DNA of 60,185 nucleotides from a virus (Duplodnaviria; Caudoviricetes): IMG/VR virus record IMGVR_UViG_3300036766_000363, positions 1 to 60,185 of that record; one strand, 5' to 3'. Shown piece by piece: positions 57,090 to 60,185 of this stretch (position 1 is its first letter; each line of letters starts with the position of its first letter). The notes under the pieces were generated by a model. It saw only the letters and a program-made list of their open reading frames with translations, ran no database searches and was not told where the DNA came from. The position numbers and the translations under genes were made by a program.

Positions 57090-57931
57090 CAGGCACCACC
57101 AATAAAGTTCTTCAACCCGGATTCGTCAGGCATCCGCCCCCCCGGAAGCATTGTTCCACGCCCGTAAGCAGGAAGCCCCACGACGTTATCAAGCCCATAG
57201 TCGGGGGGGAGTTTGTCGGGAATTGTTCCACGAATAATTGAGGACAACCCGTTCACATCCGAATTGGAGGAGGTCATGTACGGGGCATTAGAGCTAAACA
57301 GCCCCTTCTGAATCCCCACAGCACGGTCATCGTTGTACGCCTGTTTCTTGGACTGAAAGTCGAGATTAGCCTGTTCGAGATCCGAAGCGGCTTTCGCACG
57401 GGCAAGGAAGTCCTTGAACTTCCGAGTGGCCTCGGCGGTTTTGTCGGGCTCGGTGTCGGCCCACGAGCGGACAGAACCAATTTGCGCCTTGGCAAACGCC
57501 TTGGCCTTCGATAGGTCAGACTCCGCGAGATCGAGAGCCTTATAAGCCTCCGTTGCGGCGGTGTTCTTTACCCAAGAAGTGCTTGGCTTGCCGTCCCCTC
57601 CGGCCTGAGCCTTCGCGAAGGCTTCCGAGTAGCCCTTTTTTATGGCATCGTCATACGCCTTTTGGTCGTACCCTTCCCCCATTGTCGTGATGCCTTCGTA
57701 AACAATCCCGTCTGAGCCAACCTTGAAATCCTTGAGGGCAAACGGTCGCCACGCCGCGTCAGCGGCGGCATAGTTGCTTTCAGCCGCAGTAACGTCAGCC
57801 GGGCGCGCGAGAAGGGGATTTACAGGAGCGGCGGGCTTAACCGGCTCGCCGGGATCGGGCGCGGCCAACGTACGCGGAAAGGCCAAGCCCTGCTCCTGTG
57901 CGCTTAGTTCGCTATCCGGGTCCGACATCAT
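57089..57931 (-). CDS. Putative internal virion protein
   Basis: Coupled ORF in the late operon. Confidence 0.65.
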   Translation of the reverse strand: MMSDPDSELSAQEQGLAFPRTLAAPDPGEPVKPAAPVNPLLARPADVTAAESNYAAADAAWRPFALKDFKVGSDGIVYEGITTMGEGYDQKAYDDAIKKGYSEAFAKAQAGGDGKPSTSWVKNTAATEAYKALDLAESDLSKAKAFAKAQIGSVRSWADTEPDKTAEATRKFKDFLARAKAASDLEQANLDFQSKKQAYNDDRAVGIQKGLFSSNAPYMTSSNSDVNGLSSIIRGTIPDKLPPDYGLDNVVGLPAYGRGTMLPGGRMPDESGLKNFIGGA

Positions 57932-58349
57932 TCACCCCGATCTCTCCTGCGGGCATAGCCTCAACAGGGAGCATAGGGGCGGTCGGACGTAGCGCCGCCT
58001 TCTTCGTTTCTTCTGCAAGTAACTGTTCCATCCGGTGTGAATACACATACGCGAACCGCAATGCAATATCCCCCGGATGTACTGATAGTATCTTATCCTC
58101 TGGCAGACCAGAAAGTACAGTCTGAATGAACTGTGTCTTACTTCGCACCCAGTTCAACCATGCATCTTTGTTCCCGCGCAACTGCGAAACGTACAATCGC
58201 AACTGGTCACGCTCGCTTGATTGTTCCATCCCAAATGGGCGTCCGTCCGGGGAAAGACTGTCAACAATCCGGTTGACGTATTCTTTCCCCCATTCAGACA
58301 CTTCCTCGGCAATCATCTCCATACCGTCGATAAAAGTGGGGGTACTCAC
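57912..58349 (-). CDS. Hypothetical protein
   Basis: GTGA-coupled to the portal. Confidence 0.7.
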   Translation of the reverse strand: MSTPTFIDGMEMIAEEVSEWGKEYVNRIVDSLSPDGRPFGMEQSSERDQLRLYVSQLRGNKDAWLNWVRSKTQFIQTVLSGLPEDKILSVHPGDIALRFAYVYSHRMEQLLAEETKKAALRPTAPMLPVEAMPAGEIGVNDVGPG

Positions 58350-60184
58350 ATTGGCCCTCGTGCCGACTGCTGCCCGAGGATGTTCTGCGGTTGAGGCAGG
58401 CCCACCGGCGTCCCTCCGCCCGTGCCGTTAATCATGCTTTCAGGAGTTGGATTGTATTGCTGTGCCGCACCGCCGTTCGCCTGTGCGAGAGCCATGTCAG
58501 GAGAAAGGCCACCGGCTGCGGCGAGTTCGCCATTGGTCGCCAGTTCCGCGCCAGCGCCCTGGAGCGCGGGGTCGGAACCGGCCACCTGCCCGGCAGAGAC
58601 GGCAGGGGTGGAGTCCTTAACCAGCTTGAGCCGCAGTTTCTCGACGATCAGGTCGCTGAGGACGCCGGAGGCGACGGCCTTCTGGCGCTCGGCTTCTTCG
58701 TAAATCCGCCACTCTTCTTCTTCGGGGGCTTCCATGTTGAGGATGTCGCCGCGCGCGGTGACGGTGGACATGGCCTGTGTGCCAGGGCCGTTGGCCGGGC
58801 GGGTGGCATTGAGGAAGGACTGCATGGCGGCGGGATAGTCCATCGGCCTTTGGCCCCGCACCCGCGCCTCGATGATGGGCATTGGGGATACGTCGGACGG
58901 CTTGAGCGTGACCCACTGACCGGCCCGCTGCCCACGGGCGTTCTTCTCCACGTAGGAGACAGGGGTCGGCTCGTCCATCGCGGCAACGTGCTCAAAGACG
59001 AGGCGGACGTAATCCTCGTGACCACGCGCCACGTTCTGGTCGAGCTTCGCGTCAAGGTGCTCAGACTGAGTGACGAGGACATTGGCATGGTAGCCCGCCT
59101 CCACCCCTGGCTGGCGTTCGCCAAAGAGGATGCTCGACCCGATAAGGTGCGACATCCGGTCAGCGAGACGCTTGTACTGGTTCTCAAGCAACTCAAGCCG
59201 CTGATCCTCAAAGAGCCGCCCAACCTTTTCCGTAGACCAGAGCGTGAGCGGCTGGCCTTCCTGCACGTTCGGAGGCTTCGGGATGGCATCGTCGGCACCA
59301 CGAAGGGACTGGTCAAGGTAGATGACCGGGGTAGGCCAACCCATGGCGCGGGCAGCGGTGTGGACCTGGCTGTTGACCTGATCGAGATGTTGATTGAGGT
59401 CAAGAATGGCCTTCATCACGTACTCAGTTTCGTTGCGATTAGACGCGCGCCAGCCACTACCGCGCCCCGCGACCATGTTGTAATTCACACGCCCAAGCCC
59501 GTGCCTGTAGGCGTGAAGAAGAATCGGAGTGCCGCCCTTCATCGACTCAGGGGAGTCCGTGCCCGGCCACTTCCGGTACTCGCGTGTGCCGGGGCCAAGG
59601 GCGTAGTAGGCGTAATAATCCTGGTTGGCGTAGTGGAGGATGATGACGTTCTGCTTGAAGCCAGCGCCCGTGTCAAAGTCAGGAAGCCCACTGGTGTCGA
59701 ACAACTTGTTGGAACGGACAGACCGGAGACTCCGCTGCTCAAGCTCAAACGACTCAACCGTGGTCGGCCCCTCAAGGATGGGAAGGAATGACTCCACCGG
59801 GACGTAGACGCGCCGAATGGGGATGCCCGCCCTGCGCTTGTATTCTTCCGAAGCCTTCTCATAGGCGGTCGGGTCTTCGTACATCCGCTCGAAGTTCGTC
59901 TTGCCGTCTTCGCCCTTGATAACCATCTCAGGCCAGAAGGCAGCGGGGGCGCGTTCTACGCGGGAGACGGCACGTCCGAAGAGAATCTGGTCACGCACCA
60001 TGGAGTTATGAACACCAGGGTTGTTCCGCTCGATCTCCTCGGTCGCAGTCGTGGCCCACTTTTCAATCCTCGTAGACTCGGCCTGCGCCCTTTCCCCGAA
60101 CCCGGCGGGGACAACCTTGATTCGGGGCATGTCAAGAAAGCGCGATTCTTTCTCGTTGACAGCGGCGGCGAGGTGGTAGGCATG
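58346..60184 (-). CDS. Portal protein (5'-truncated by the window end)
   Basis: Frame open to the window edge (HAYHLAAAVNEK...); RD...FGR, H.LGR, helix LNQ.LD..NS; heads the structural operon. Confidence 0.82.
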   Translation of the reverse strand, partial: HAYHLAAAVNEKESRFLDMPRIKVVPAGFGERAQAESTRIEKWATTATEEIERNNPGVHNSMVRDQILFGRAVSRVERAPAAFWPEMVIKGEDGKTNFERMYEDPTAYEKASEEYKRRAGIPIRRVYVPVESFLPILEGPTTVESFELEQRSLRSVRSNKLFDTSGLPDFDTGAGFKQNVIILHYANQDYYAYYALGPGTREYRKWPGTDSPESMKGGTPILLHAYRHGLGRVNYNMVAGRGSGWRASNRNETEYVMKAILDLNQHLDQVNSQVHTAARAMGWPTPVIYLDQSLRGADDAIPKPPNVQEGQPLTLWSTEKVGRLFEDQRLELLENQYKRLADRMSHLIGSSILFGERQPGVEAGYHANVLVTQSEHLDAKLDQNVARGHEDYVRLVFEHVAAMDEPTPVSYVEKNARGQRAGQWVTLKPSDVSPMPIIEARVRGQRPMDYPAAMQSFLNATRPANGPGTQAMSTVTARGDILNMEAPEEEEWRIYEEAERQKAVASGVLSDLIVEKLRLKLVKDSTPAVSAGQVAGSDPALQGAGAELATNGELAAAGGLSPDMALAQANGGAAQQYNPTPESMINGTGGGTPVGLPQPQNILGQQSARGPM

Positions 60185-60185
60185 A

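Noticed and set aside
58391-59791. Long plus-strand ORFs opposite structural genes (also 2510-3415, 28450-29400, 33029-34090, 52892-53935)
   Set aside because: Antisense shadows expected from high GC3 codon usage; no motifs

Overview
A nearly complete, circularly permuted ~60 kb dsDNA tailed-phage genome. It looks podovirus-like: large ejection-type proteins, no recognisable tape measure or sheath. Several small proteins resemble families I recall from Dehalococcoidia, so a Chloroflexota host is inferred. The portal gene is broken across the two window ends. The minus strand carries packaging and structural genes (31-60 kb and 0-3.8 kb) and replication, nucleotide-metabolism and lysis genes (14.7-31 kb). 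A plus-strand island at 4.4-14.4 kb holds an ncRNA/tRNA-Gln cluster, a tandem repeat, a GATC-rich early operon punctuated by hairpins, and a serine recombinase. Top observations: (1) the primase-helicase gene is interrupted by a complete dCMP deaminase ORF bounded by ATGAC direct repeats, and removing 377 nt restores one in-frame gene; (2) a C5 methyltransferase appears to be encoded by two fully overlapping frames, the second carrying motif IX and six WPTP-like repeats; (3) an antisense unit inside the tail module holds a tRNA-like RNA (UUA loop) and a ~165-nt multi-stem RNA with a predicted kissing loop; (4) a BglI-like R-M locus was captured with an intact methyltransferase and a truncated endonuclease; (5) six HNH genes each carry their own promoter, two sharing a structured leader; (6) a CTACTTGACATA motif recurs at late-gene boundaries. 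All family assignments come from motif recognition by eye; no searches were run.
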